Made by a program: the position numbers and the translations under genes
Shown here: positions 10,390 through 19,478 of the stretch, one piece after another
How positions within the stretch are numbered: position 1 is the stretch's first letter
How the letters are laid out: each line of letters starts with the position of its first letter
The notes under the pieces: generated by a model
The model's database searches: none
The model's input: only the letters and a program-made list of their open reading frames with translations
Told to the model about the DNA's origin: nothing
Assembly (NCBI GenBank): GCA_016840065.1
Contig: JAEOTB010000078.1
Span: forward strand, 1-40,799
Origin: Candidatus Hermodarchaeota archaeon
GTDB taxonomy: Archaea; Asgardarchaeota; Hermodarchaeia; Hermodarchaeales; Hermodarchaeaceae
Length of the DNA: 40,799 bases
Direction: 5' to 3'

Positions 10390-11090
10390 CTCGAATCCGC
10401 GCAGACCCGAAGCGTCAACAGCTTCATTGGATTCGTTTCGATGACGGGGTAGAACGCCCCGTTACTGTGAGTCTTTCAAGTGGAACGCTAGTATACGGTG
10501 AACAAGTAATTTCTGAGGAGGGAAGAGAATTGAGGGTGTGGGATCCCTACAGAAGTAAGCTAGCAGCATCACTTGTTCATGGGCTATCAGTATTCGCCTT
10601 CTCAAAGGGAGTAAGTGTACTCTATCTTGGCGCTTCATCAGGAACAACGGCTAGCCATGTCTCTGACCTTGTTGGTGATGAAGGGATTGTATATTGTGTC
10701 GAGTTCGCGCCGCGCGTCATGCGAAATCTCATCCAAGTATGCACAACACGAGAGAATATGGTCCCTATTCTAGCCGATGCTCATCACCCAGAAGACTACA
10801 TGCAGATACCGGAATTGGTAGATATTATCTACCAAGATGTTGCTCAGCCAGATCAAGCCGAGATTCTCATTACAAATGCAAAACGGTTCTTAAAGCCTGG
10901 AGGTACAGCCTATATAGCTGTGAAGGCAAGGAGCATTGATGTAGTAGCCAAACCAAGCGATGTCTTCCTGAAAGAGGAACAAAAACTAAAAAACGCAGGA
11001 TTCACAATCGTGGATCGTATTAGTCTAGAACCTTTCTCCAGCGACCATATTTTTATTAGCATGATTTTTAGCGGCGATATAATTGACTAA
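10386..11090 (+). CDS. flpA: Fibrillarin-like rRNA/tRNA 2'-O-methyltransferase
   Basis: VYGE, WDPYRSKLAA, VLYLGASSGTTASHVSD, DVAQPDQ, KARSID. Confidence 0.97.
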   Translation: MTRIRADPKRQQLHWIRFDDGVERPVTVSLSSGTLVYGEQVISEEGRELRVWDPYRSKLAASLVHGLSVFAFSKGVSVLYLGASSGTTASHVSDLVGDEGIVYCVEFAPRVMRNLIQVCTTRENMVPILADAHHPEDYMQIPELVDIIYQDVAQPDQAEILITNAKRFLKPGGTAYIAVKARSIDVVAKPSDVFLKEEQKLKNAGFTIVDRISLEPFSSDHIFISMIFSGDIID

Positions 11091-11517
11091 ATTCTCTGGT
11101 TTTCTTTCTCAACTTGAACGCGAAGTAGCACAGCTAAATAATCACATGCCGCGAACTAAGAAACCCTTAGAACAATTACTGATAGAGCAGAAGCCTTCAT
11201 TTCTTACTCGAGACGGACAGATAAGCACTATTCGAAGAGAAGAGTTAGAGCAACTAGCAGAACTGGTACCGCAGAGACTTCATTCAATGATTATGCTTCC
11301 CTTTACTATTCTTCGACGTACGTCATTAGGCCCAGGTGCTCATACAATTGGCGGTACAAAACTTGAACAATTCACAGCACTTCGAATCATCAATAAGGTC
11401 ACAGCCACCTTCGAAGTTTGGCGCGAGGTTTCACTTCCCAAATACCTTTATCCACCCGAGATATCACTTCTAAGAAGAAAAATGCCTACAATAACAACTT
11501 TAGGATTCGGCTTGTAA
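11083..11517 (+). CDS. DUF61 (UPF0216) family protein
   Basis: LNNHMPRTKKPLEQLL, TRDG, LPF, LRRKMPTIT resemble DUF61; the position after fibrillarin is typical of the family. Confidence 0.7.
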   Translation: MTKFSGFLSQLEREVAQLNNHMPRTKKPLEQLLIEQKPSFLTRDGQISTIRREELEQLAELVPQRLHSMIMLPFTILRRTSLGPGAHTIGGTKLEQFTALRIINKVTATFEVWREVSLPKYLYPPEISLLRRKMPTITTLGFGL

Positions 11518-11518
11518 T

Positions 11519-12481
11519 ATGTCGGTACGAGAGAAATATCAAGAAGAAATCCGGGAAGTTATAGGTACTGCTGTTCGAAACCACGCAACGTCATTTAACC
11601 ACAATTACTGTTTCGATTCAATAATCAGTGATGAAGACGAGAAAATCCGAATCGTCATCAAGTTTAGCAACACAATTGATAATGTATGGCCTGAGGCACT
11701 ACTGGAACTACGAAGGATAGGATATATCCTACGTTGTACTCCTTTGATTGTAGGAGAACGGACACGCAAGCAACCAATTCAGGATGGTATTGTTTACTCT
11801 CGGGGAGATGTTGCGGCGATTAACCTAGCAACGTTGCAACAAATGCTTGTTGAAAAGATTCTACCCTATATGAGGACGCGAAAGGGAGGGATCTATGTAA
11901 AGCTTGACTGCAAACAGTTGAGAGAGCAGCGCGAAGCTAGAAATCTTTCGCGAGGATATGTAGCTGGAGAAGTTGGGGTTTCAAGGCGGGCAATCTATGA
12001 ATATGAAAGAGGGATGATGAATCCTACAGTTGAAATTGCGATACGTCTTGAAGAGTTATTAGAGACTAAATTAATTGAACCGATTAATCCTCTGAAATTC
12101 GATACCACTACTCAAGATGATTCAACGATTAGTGATTCGGAAAAGACAACGCAACTTTCTCAAGAAGTAGATTTAATGTTTTCACGGTTAGGCCTTGATT
12201 CCACCGCAACTTCAGAAGCGCCCTTTGATATGCTAACATCACTTCAAAGCAGTGTTGTACTGAGCTGTTTGAAACAGAGTATCAAATTGATAGACAATCG
12301 TCGACTGATATTCCTTGCTAGGCTATCAGAGGTTCTTAAGGAACATCCAGTGATTATTACTTCTGAGCAAACCAGTACTAAATCAAAAGATGGAATCCCA
12401 GTAGTTACTATCAAAGAACTAATGTCCATCCAAAATCCGAACGAACTTATTTCGATGATTCAGGAGCGCCGAGGAACCTAA
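11519..12481 (+). CDS. Archaeal XRE-HTH transcriptional regulator (COG1395-like)
   Basis: CFD...NTID, PLIVGER, DGIVYSR, GGIYVKLD; HTH LSRGYVAGEVGVSRRAIYEYERG; APFD. Confidence 0.85.
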   Translation: MSVREKYQEEIREVIGTAVRNHATSFNHNYCFDSIISDEDEKIRIVIKFSNTIDNVWPEALLELRRIGYILRCTPLIVGERTRKQPIQDGIVYSRGDVAAINLATLQQMLVEKILPYMRTRKGGIYVKLDCKQLREQREARNLSRGYVAGEVGVSRRAIYEYERGMMNPTVEIAIRLEELLETKLIEPINPLKFDTTTQDDSTISDSEKTTQLSQEVDLMFSRLGLDSTATSEAPFDMLTSLQSSVVLSCLKQSIKLIDNRRLIFLARLSEVLKEHPVIITSEQTSTKSKDGIPVVTIKELMSIQNPNELISMIQERRGT

Positions 12482-12482
12482 T

Positions 12483-13667
12483 GTGTTCGAGCAATACAAA
12501 GAGGGGCAGGTGACCTTTCTCAGTCCACGGATTCAGAAGGTTCCAACAACGAGTATGCCTGTTTTCTACAATCCACAATCAGAACTAAACAGGGACATTA
12601 CTATCAGCGCAATCCAAGCTTTCCTAAACAGTCATGGAAAAATGGAAGCAAGAGTATGTACACCTCTTGCAGGGACTGGAATACGTGCTGTTCGTATTGC
12701 AAAAGAGGTGGATGGAATCAAATGCGTAGTTGCAGGTGATTGTAACCCAAATGCTGCCGAACTCGTCAAGAGAAATTCGGAATTAAACAAGGTTTCTGAG
12801 ATTATAGAAGTTCATCATAGTGATGCCAATCTTCTACTAACTCAACACCATCGACATAAACTAAGATTCGATGTTATAGACATCGACCCATTTGGTTCAC
12901 CGCGTAGTTTCCTAGCAGCTGCAATTGGAGCACTGAAATCACCGAGTCTTCTATGTTTGACAGCAACAGATATGCCTGTTCTAGTGGGTATTCGTCCTAG
13001 GGCTTGTGTTAAGCGATACGCTGCAAGACCTGCTAGAACAGATTATGGACACGAACACGCTATCCGTCTACTTCTAGGGTGCGCTGTTCGTGAAGCTGCG
13101 TCCCAAGATATTGGACTCAAGCCTTTACTCGCAATCTATGCCGATCATTACATACGAGTTTTTTGTGAAGCTTCGAAGGGTGATGACGAGACATGGACTG
13201 CAGTTTCTCAACTAGGCCATCTCCTACATTGCGATGAATGTGGCTTCCGTAGTTTAGCTAGCACAATACAGCTTTTTCAATCATCATGTCCTGAGTGTAA
13301 TTCAGCAAGAACCCAGCGAGCTGGCCCGCTTTGGGCAAAACACCTTGGAAGTCGTGATTTCATTGACGCAACTCTACAGCAGGTGCTTCGAAAACCTCTA
13401 GGAACAAAACGGCGGCTGACTCGCTTACTCCAACGTTTACTGGAAGAACTGGACGGTCCTCCCATGTATTTTGATCTTCACAAGCTTTGTGATGAGCTTG
13501 AGATACCAATTCCTTCACACAAGACCATCATTGATGCTATTCGAGCAAAAGGCTTGTTCTGTTCACGTACCCATTTCTCACCACACGCAATTCGCACCAG
13601 TGCTTCTGCGCGATTACTTCGTCAGATACTTCTGCACTGCACAAAAGGAGAACAACATCATGTCTAG
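12483..13667 (+). CDS. trm1: tRNA (guanine26-N2)-dimethyltransferase
   Basis: PVFYNP, NRD, AGTGIRAVR, IDIDPFGSP, TATD, DHYIRV, Zn-binding CxxC pairs, GPLW, SRTHF. Confidence 0.95.
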   Translation: MFEQYKEGQVTFLSPRIQKVPTTSMPVFYNPQSELNRDITISAIQAFLNSHGKMEARVCTPLAGTGIRAVRIAKEVDGIKCVVAGDCNPNAAELVKRNSELNKVSEIIEVHHSDANLLLTQHHRHKLRFDVIDIDPFGSPRSFLAAAIGALKSPSLLCLTATDMPVLVGIRPRACVKRYAARPARTDYGHEHAIRLLLGCAVREAASQDIGLKPLLAIYADHYIRVFCEASKGDDETWTAVSQLGHLLHCDECGFRSLASTIQLFQSSCPECNSARTQRAGPLWAKHLGSRDFIDATLQQVLRKPLGTKRRLTRLLQRLLEELDGPPMYFDLHKLCDELEIPIPSHKTIIDAIRAKGLFCSRTHFSPHAIRTSASARLLRQILLHCTKGEQHHV

Positions 13668-14271
13668 ATGGGATAGACGAGAGCACTTTCGGAGACAAGC
13701 CCGAGAAAGAGGTTACCGCGCTCGAGCAGCCTATAAACTTCTAGAGATAGAGAAGCGATTCAAAATACTGCAAGGTGCTAAAAGAGTAGTCGACCTTTGT
13801 TGTGCTCCAGGCAGTTGGTTACAAGTGGTTACTCAGCACTGTAAAGAAACCGATGCCAAAATAATAGGCGTGGATACTGCTCCTACGAAACCAGTAAAGG
13901 ATGAAAAGCTTATCAAATGTTCAATCGATACACCCGACCTCGCCTCCCGTATTCGAGAGCAACTAGATGGATTGGCTGACTTGGTACTAAGTGACTGTTC
14001 ACCTAAATTATCTGGTAATAAGACGCTTGACCGTGAACGGCAATGGTATTTAGCAAAGAAAAGTTTCGAACTGGCTCGCGAGATATTGATTCAACGCGGA
14101 CACTTCGTAACAAAGATATTTCAATCTGAGCATACTCAAGACCTGGTATTAGCTGCCAAATCTTGTTTTGATTTTGTTAGAATATTCAAACCAAAAGCTT
14201 CACTTCAGAGGAGCCCAGAGATTTATCTAATTGCAAAATACTTCCGAGTAGCGCCCATTAAACAGGATTGA
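13660..14271 (+). CDS. rlmE: 23S rRNA Um2552 2'-O-methyltransferase RlmE/FtsJ
   Basis: Start moved to ATG 13660, after an AGGAG SD. GYRARAAYKL, DLCCAPGSWLQ, VLSDCSP, KIFQ, KPKAS..SPEIY give the K-D-K-E tetrad. Confidence 0.95.
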   Translation: MSRWDRREHFRRQARERGYRARAAYKLLEIEKRFKILQGAKRVVDLCCAPGSWLQVVTQHCKETDAKIIGVDTAPTKPVKDEKLIKCSIDTPDLASRIREQLDGLADLVLSDCSPKLSGNKTLDRERQWYLAKKSFELAREILIQRGHFVTKIFQSEHTQDLVLAAKSCFDFVRIFKPKASLQRSPEIYLIAKYFRVAPIKQD

Positions 14272-14593
14272 GGCGCTCTGCAAGCCACGTGTTTAACTTG
14301 ACGCAGTACCAAGAAGTTATTGGTTGCCCTTCGCCACACTGCTCAATCTCTTTGCAAGTGAAACAAGGACACCCTTTGAGTGTGTTCCATTCGGGGTTCT
14401 CTTGCCAAACAAGTCTAGTCACTAAGGCGCCATTATGTTGGTCTTCAACTTCCTTGACGTGTCCCTGCCTCTTCAAAGACTCAACCATATTTCTAACATC
14501 GGAGGCGCTTTGTTCTAATTCTTGAACTAGCTCCGAGAGGAGGAGGCCTGTTCTTCCTGCCTCTTTTAGAAGAGCGATTGCACGAGATTCCAT
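14258..14593 (-). CDS. TFE-beta / RPC34(C39)-like protein: winged helix plus Cys-rich FeS domain
   Basis: N-terminal wHTH and a C-terminal CPCFTC-x5-C-x10-C..LNTWL motif typical of archaeal Rpc34/TFE-beta; directly downstream of tfb. Confidence 0.82.
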   Translation of the reverse strand: MESRAIALLKEAGRTGLLLSELVQELEQSASDVRNMVESLKRQGHVKEVEDQHNGALVTRLVWQENPEWNTLKGCPCFTCKEIEQCGEGQPITSWYCVKLNTWLAERLNPV

Positions 14594-14650
14594 TATTCAC
14601 TTGAAAGGTGGTATCACTGGATAAAAAATCTTTCAGTAGAACTAATCGCG

Positions 14651-14683
14651 AAAAAGAGGAGCGGGGGGCGATACTATCGCCCC
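14651..14683 (-). terminator. GC-rich hairpin plus T-tract downstream of tfb
   Basis: Inverted repeat GGGGCGATA-N-TATCGCCCC (14665-14683) beginning 10 nt after the tfb stop, followed on the minus strand by CCGCTCCTC-TTTTT. Confidence 0.55.
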
Positions 14684-14692
14684 AAGGACAAG

Positions 14693-15622
14693 TTATAGGG
14701 GGACTTCGAGTTCTAGTTTCTCCACTAGTTCTTTGTATCGATTACGAACAGTTACTTCTGTTACTCGCGCTACAGCTGCAACTTCGCGTTGTGTACGACG
14801 TGAGTTCTCAAGAACACTTGCTACATAGATAGCAGCAGCAGCCACCCCAGTTGGACCACGTCCACTTGTGAGCCCTTTGATTGCAGCCATTTTTAGGATT
14901 TTTACTGCGTGTGCTTGAACCTTACCGACGAGTTTGAGTTCGCTAACGAAGCGGGGAACATAGTCGATTGGCGAGGTGGGTGGAATTGACAGCTGAAGTT
15001 CACGAGCGATAAATCGATAGCTTCGACCGATTTCCTTCTTACCCACTCGTGATACTTCCGCGACTTCATCTAGAGTTCGGGGAATCCTAGATTGTCGGCA
15101 TGAAGCGTAAAGGGCTGCTGCAGCAACACCTTCAATTGATCGACCACGAATAAGACGCTGTTCTACTGCACGTCGATAGAGCATTGCTGCAATTTCACGA
15201 ACCGTTCTCGGAAGACCTAGGCTTGATGCCATACGATCAAGTTCGGATAAAGCATATGCAAGATTCCGCTCTGTCGCATCAGATACACGAATCCTACGTT
15301 GCCATTTACGAAGCCTGTAAATTTGGGCACGGCGTTTGGGGGCAAGGTCCTTTCCGTAGCTGTCACGGTTCCGCCAGTCAATCATTGTCGATAACCCCTT
15401 GTCATGAATTGTATATGTCAGGGGTGCGCCAACTCTAGCGCGTTTCTCTCGTTGCTCTTGATCAAAAGCCCGCCACTCAGGACCCTCATCGATGATGCGA
15501 TCTGTTAGGACTAACCCGCAGTTTCTGCAGACGATTTCAGCTCTCTGATAATCCTTTACTAACTTGTCATCGCCGCAGTCTGGGCAAAGCGATATTGTGG
15601 GAGCACTTACTTCTTTCGTCGT
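14693..15622 (-). CDS. tfb: Transcription initiation factor IIB (full length; start codon non-canonical or uncertain)
   Basis: The frame stays open for 79 codons above the ORF-track ATG (15385): [38 protein letters not shown]...GPEWRAFD...RARVGAP...HDKGLST. Two cyclin repeats follow ([29 protein letters not shown]). An in-frame TAA lies at 15625-15623. Confidence 0.95.
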   Translation of the reverse strand, partial: TTKEVSAPTISLCPDCGDDKLVKDYQRAEIVCRNCGLVLTDRIIDEGPEWRAFDQEQREKRARVGAPLTYTIHDKGLSTMIDWRNRDSYGKDLAPKRRAQIYRLRKWQRRIRVSDATERNLAYALSELDRMASSLGLPRTVREIAAMLYRRAVEQRLIRGRSIEGVAAAALYASCRQSRIPRTLDEVAEVSRVGKKEIGRSYRFIARELQLSIPPTSPIDYVPRFVSELKLVGKVQAHAVKILKMAAIKGLTSGRGPTGVAAAAIYVASVLENSRRTQREVAAVARVTEVTVRNRYKELVEKLELEVPL

Positions 15623-15879
15623 TTACTTCTGCCTCCTCTGGACTTGGCCTTCGCCTGGAAAAGAGCCGACCCTGGAGGCAATGAATCCACAGTGATTTGT
15701 GACTCTGGTTTTATAGATGCAAATGGTCTACTAATAGGTCCGAAAATGTCTATTATAGTTCCAACTAGTTTCGATTTAGTTGTGTATAGCCGTGTGCCTA
15801 GGCGGATAGCTTGTTTTACCCGCGCAATAATATGACCTTGCGCAGAGAAATGTAAAACCGCGCCTATTTGAAGCAGCAT
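15607..15879 (-). CDS. gar1: H/ACA RNP protein Gar1
   Basis: [26 protein letters not shown] and a basic tail; the position upstream of tfb is typical. Confidence 0.9.
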   Translation of the reverse strand: MLLQIGAVLHFSAQGHIIARVKQAIRLGTRLYTTKSKLVGTIIDIFGPISRPFASIKPESQITVDSLPPGSALFQAKAKSRGGRSKRRKK

Positions 15880-15936
15880 ATCGACTCCTGGGAGGCGAAG
15901 ATCTGGTTGGGATAGAAGATTGGAACCGCACTGTCT

Positions 15937-15951
15937 CTTAAAAAGGTTTTC
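15937..15951 (-). promoter_or_regulatory. Putative BRE/TATA promoter of gar1-tfb
   Basis: Minus-strand GAAAACC-TTTTTAAG about 60 nt upstream of the gar1 ATG. Confidence 0.5.
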
Positions 15952-16067
15952 TTGCTTTTCTATCGCGAAGCATTGTCTTTACACTATGTTCTCTACCACA
16001 CTCGATTCGTGTTTACTTATCCGAAAAATCGAGTCTAATACCTGAAAAGGTCTAGGTTTTCAGTTCT

Positions 16068-16370
16068 TTACGAGCGGGTCTTTCCCTTAAGGGTCTTCAT
16101 TTTCCTTGCTAATTCTTTCAGTAGAAGTGTTTTCGAGCGTTCTGGTGTTTTCCTAATGAGAACTAGGCCAGGTGTTCCCCACCAACTTGCTGGATACCGC
16201 GCTTCTGTTTTTACCTTGAATTCTAGTCCTAATCGACGAGCTGCAAGGGTAATTAACTCGACATCCACACTAGGAAGAGCTAATTTCTTGGGAATTCGTC
16301 GCCCGGAGCTGCGGGAACGTCCTGCCTCGAAATAAGCTGGATAAACATAGTAAAATCCTGATTGTCTCAT
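16068..16370 (-). CDS. srp19: Signal recognition particle protein SRP19
   Basis: VYPAYF, SRSSGRRIPKKLA, YPASWW..G, KTLLLKELA. Confidence 0.93.
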   Translation of the reverse strand: MRQSGFYYVYPAYFEAGRSRSSGRRIPKKLALPSVDVELITLAARRLGLEFKVKTEARYPASWWGTPGLVLIRKTPERSKTLLLKELARKMKTLKGKTRS

Positions 16371-16467
16371 ACAAAATCATTGTTATACACTTATCCGCTC
16401 GCAATAAATTTTTCGTGTTGTGATAATTTAGCAAGTCTAAAAAACATTAGAGTGTGCCGAGTATACT

Positions 16468-16845
16468 ATGCACGAGTTCTCGACAGCAGTAGGTATTGTA
16501 AATGCTGTGAAGAGAGCAGCAGGTTCACACAAAGCAACCAAGATAATCGCCATTCGCCTACAAATTGGACCGTTATCAATGCTCAATCATGATCAGTTGA
16601 TATTTGGCATTGAAATAGCTGCCAAGGGGACCATCCTAGAGGGTGCTGAGATTTCGATTGAGGTTCTAGCGGTAAAGACTCTCTGTAAGAATTGTGGCAC
16701 AGAAAAGGTGATAGAAGAACAAAAACCGATATATGATCTGCTAGCCACTTTGATCTGTGATAAATGCGACAGTAAAAGTTTGGAAATTACTCAGGGTCGG
16801 GAATGCGTAATTAAGGATATCAAAGCCGTTGTCGACTCTGACTGA
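16468..16845 (+). CDS. hypA: Hydrogenase maturation nickel metallochaperone HypA
   Basis: MHE Ni-binding N-terminus, CKNC and CDKC pairs, C-terminal QGRECVI. Confidence 0.93.
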   Translation: MHEFSTAVGIVNAVKRAAGSHKATKIIAIRLQIGPLSMLNHDQLIFGIEIAAKGTILEGAEISIEVLAVKTLCKNCGTEKVIEEQKPIYDLLATLICDKCDSKSLEITQGRECVIKDIKAVVDSD

Positions 16846-16848
16846 ACA

Positions 16849-17232
16849 CTATTCGCTTAGCATTAGTGCATCGACGCCGCCGGTTTGACCCGGTCTGCTC
16901 GTAACAACTGCCTTACCTTTTTCCGTTTCAATAATCGTACCTTTTGTGATGATTCCACGCCGATCCAAGTCCACATCAGCAGGGTTCTTTAAGACTTGAA
17001 TAATCCTCAGTTTCTCTGATTTACCTGTTTGCCTGTCAATTACGTTTGCATGAGAAGCAGCAAGAAGACCCGGTCTTTTGCCTCCACCTAGAGCGCGTTT
17101 AAAGCGAAGCTTCTGCTCACCCACTATTGTTTCGGTGGCCTGACTACCTCGCTCGTATTTCCGATGTTTCCGAGATGACCTTCGACGGGCACCAGTTGAA
17201 TATCTCTTAGACTTTCCTTGCCACAACGGCAT
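16849..17232 (-). CDS. rps8e: Ribosomal protein eS8
   Basis: Likely start MPLWQG at 17232, after GAGGT. RKYERG, NPA...RRGIITKGTIIET, VTSRPGQTG. Confidence 0.95.
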   Translation of the reverse strand: MPLWQGKSKRYSTGARRRSSRKHRKYERGSQATETIVGEQKLRFKRALGGGKRPGLLAASHANVIDRQTGKSEKLRIIQVLKNPADVDLDRRGIITKGTIIETEKGKAVVTSRPGQTGGVDALMLSE

Positions 17233-17350
17233 TACAGTAACCTCTAGCTGCATTGGACCAAGTCAGATGGCTTTAAACATTTCGGGAATTGCAAAGAGCT
17301 AAAGGCATCATTCAGAGCTGTTCCTAGGTATAATCTGAGGTGGATATTTC

Positions 17351-18385
17351 ATGTCAGATGATGATTTCAGCCGAGTAGAGCTTGCTCATGGTGCAGGTGG
17401 ACGAGCGATGACCAAGTTCCTAAAGGAAATCGTCTTTCCATGCTTTCAACTAAACAAGATTGACGGTGGGATTGGTTTACCGTCAGCTGATGATGGGGCT
17501 ACGATTCCCCTAGGTGACAGGGAACTTGTTATTTCAACAGACAGTCACACGGTTACCCCACTATTTTTTGCCGGAGGGGATATTGGAAGGTTGGCTGCCG
17601 CTGGTACTATAAATGATGTAGCAATGATGGGGGCTCGCCCGATTGTTATGACCTGCGCCCTACTTATTGAGGAGGGGTTTTCAATAACTAACTTGCATCG
17701 TATTCTTCGTTCTTTAGCAGCTACAGCACTTGAGGAGCGGGTAGCAGTTATCGCAGGTGATACAAAGGTTATGCCAAGAAATACAATTGACAAGCTTGTA
17801 ATCTGCACAACGGGTGTAGGTATTATAGAACAGGGAAAAGCTATAGTTGATAGCGGTATTCAGCCTGGCGACAAAATCATAATCACAGGGTCTATTGGAG
17901 ATCATGGTATTGCCATACTTGCTGAAAGAGATGGGCTTACGTTTGGCACCGAACTCAAATCAGATACTGCACCTTTATGGTCCACTGTTAAAGCGTGCCT
18001 AGAAGTAGGTGGTGTTCATGCAATGAAAGACCCGACACGAGGCGGCGTAGCTTCAGCGTTAAATGAATTAGCTACAAAGTCAGGTGTGAGTATCTGGATT
18101 GAAGAAGAGAAATTGCCAATACGACGCGAAGTTCAGGCGGCTAGTCAGATGTTGGGACTAGACCCACTTCAAGTAACATGTGAGGGGGCTGCTATTATTG
18201 CTGTAGAAAGAGAAAAAGCTGATACAGTACTTGACGCAATTCAGAAGACCCGTTACGGTGTTAATGCAAAAATATTAGGTGAGGCAAAAGAAGACAGGCA
18301 AGGGCTGGTTCTTATGAAGACAAAAGTTGGAGGCACTCGAATTATCCAACAACCTTGGGCAGAAGCGATTCCACGCGTTTGCTAG
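17351..18385 (+). CDS. hypE: Hydrogenase maturation protein HypE
   Basis: HGAGG, DDGA, TDSH, GGDIG, GTINDVAM, GDTKV, MKDPTRGG, C-terminal PRVC. Confidence 0.96.
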   Translation: MSDDDFSRVELAHGAGGRAMTKFLKEIVFPCFQLNKIDGGIGLPSADDGATIPLGDRELVISTDSHTVTPLFFAGGDIGRLAAAGTINDVAMMGARPIVMTCALLIEEGFSITNLHRILRSLAATALEERVAVIAGDTKVMPRNTIDKLVICTTGVGIIEQGKAIVDSGIQPGDKIIITGSIGDHGIAILAERDGLTFGTELKSDTAPLWSTVKACLEVGGVHAMKDPTRGGVASALNELATKSGVSIWIEEEKLPIRREVQAASQMLGLDPLQVTCEGAAIIAVEREKADTVLDAIQKTRYGVNAKILGEAKEDRQGLVLMKTKVGGTRIIQQPWAEAIPRVC

Positions 18386-18848
18386 CCGAAAATTTTGCTA
18401 AAATTTCTTCAATACGTTCCCAAAATATTGAATTATCACATACTGTAACAGGCTCCTTACTTTGAAGCCTAGTTCTAGATTCGGTCAAAAGAAACTTCGT
18501 GACTTGTTTTACAAGATACTCTAATAGTAATGGATTACAGTCTTTTGCACTGCACAGAACGATGAGAGCATTTGGTAATGACTGGAATGTGAACCTCCAT
18601 CGCCCTGCATCAAGCCGTTCAATACAATCTCCTGAGGTTACCTGTCTCACGAACATATTCAAAGCTGTAAAAAGACCACAAAGAATTGATGGATCAGTTT
18701 TCATGCTGTGGGGCTTGATGATGCGATAGAATAACGGACATCCTGATTCGCGCATAACAAAAATAGCATGAATGCCAGTAGATTTTCTATATTCTTCCTT
18801 TTCCTTATCTACTGCTGGATTTGGTGAAGTGGTATAGAAGCGAGCCAA
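18342..18848 (-). CDS. Stand-alone longin-like domain protein (Asgard-type)
   Basis: IHAIFVMRESGCPLFYR (beta1-beta2), DPSILCGLFTALNMF (alpha1), three further strands and two helices match the longin topology. TTG start after GAGGT. Confidence 0.72.
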   Translation of the reverse strand: MARFYTTSPNPAVDKEKEEYRKSTGIHAIFVMRESGCPLFYRIIKPHSMKTDPSILCGLFTALNMFVRQVTSGDCIERLDAGRWRFTFQSLPNALIVLCSAKDCNPLLLEYLVKQVTKFLLTESRTRLQSKEPVTVCDNSIFWERIEEILAKFSASKRVESLLPKVVG

Positions 18849-18935
18849 ATCAGAAACCTCAACAGATATGGCTCTAACCGCAAGTATGAATTTAAACTCA
18901 TAAATTGGAATACAAAGGAGTTACTAATCTAGTCA

Positions 18936-19478
18936 CTAGTTTACTGATTCCTGCTGTTTTTCTTGTTGTTGTATCCTACGAATCATCCTGCGGAGTTGGA
19001 TTTTGAGTTTCTCAAGATCGTAGTCAAAACCAAAGTAGTCTGCGAACATCTGGCTTGTAGTCAATTCTTTGGATCGTCCTTGGGGTTGTGACTCTAAGAA
19101 ACCTAATCCTTCAAGTTGTTTGATGTGCTTATAGCTGTGTGACCCACGGTACTCAACGACTTGGGATTGGAGTACTGGCTGTTTAAGAGCAATGTACAGC
19201 AGGGTCTTCAATTCACCTAATGAGAGAAGACCATGAGGAGCTAGAGTAGCAACCCGTTCGCTAAGATTAGGGTCTAGTTGGAGTACAAAACGTTGGCGAG
19301 GAAGTTGAGCTAGGACTAGAGCACCTCCCCGGGTTTTATATTCGTCAACGAGTTCATTGAGTATTTCGCGAATACGCTTGAGTGTGGGCAACTGGGTAGC
19401 ATCTTGAATTTCATGAATTGAGAGAGGGCGTCCTGAAATGTACAGAGCTGCTTCAACAAGTCTTTTGTCATCCTGCAT
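18936..19478 (-). CDS. scpB: SMC-Scp complex kite subunit ScpB
   Basis: VEAALYISGRPLS, ELKTLLYIALKQPV, RGSHSYKHIKQL, FADYFG. Start is 19478 or 19499. Confidence 0.93.
   Translation of the reverse strand: MQDDKRLVEAALYISGRPLSIHEIQDATQLPTLKRIREILNELVDEYKTRGGALVLAQLPRQRFVLQLDPNLSERVATLAPHGLLSLGELKTLLYIALKQPVLQSQVVEYRGSHSYKHIKQLEGLGFLESQPQGRSKELTTSQMFADYFGFDYDLEKLKIQLRRMIRRIQQQEKQQESVN

Noticed and set aside
13471-13659. 63-aa N-terminal extension of RlmE in the ORF track
   Set aside because: It lies inside trm1; homology begins at the SD-preceded ATG 13660.
14693-15385. Truncated TFB lacking the zinc ribbon, as given by the ORF track
   Set aside because: The Zn ribbon and B-reader are intact and in frame upstream, so the truncation is a start-calling artefact.
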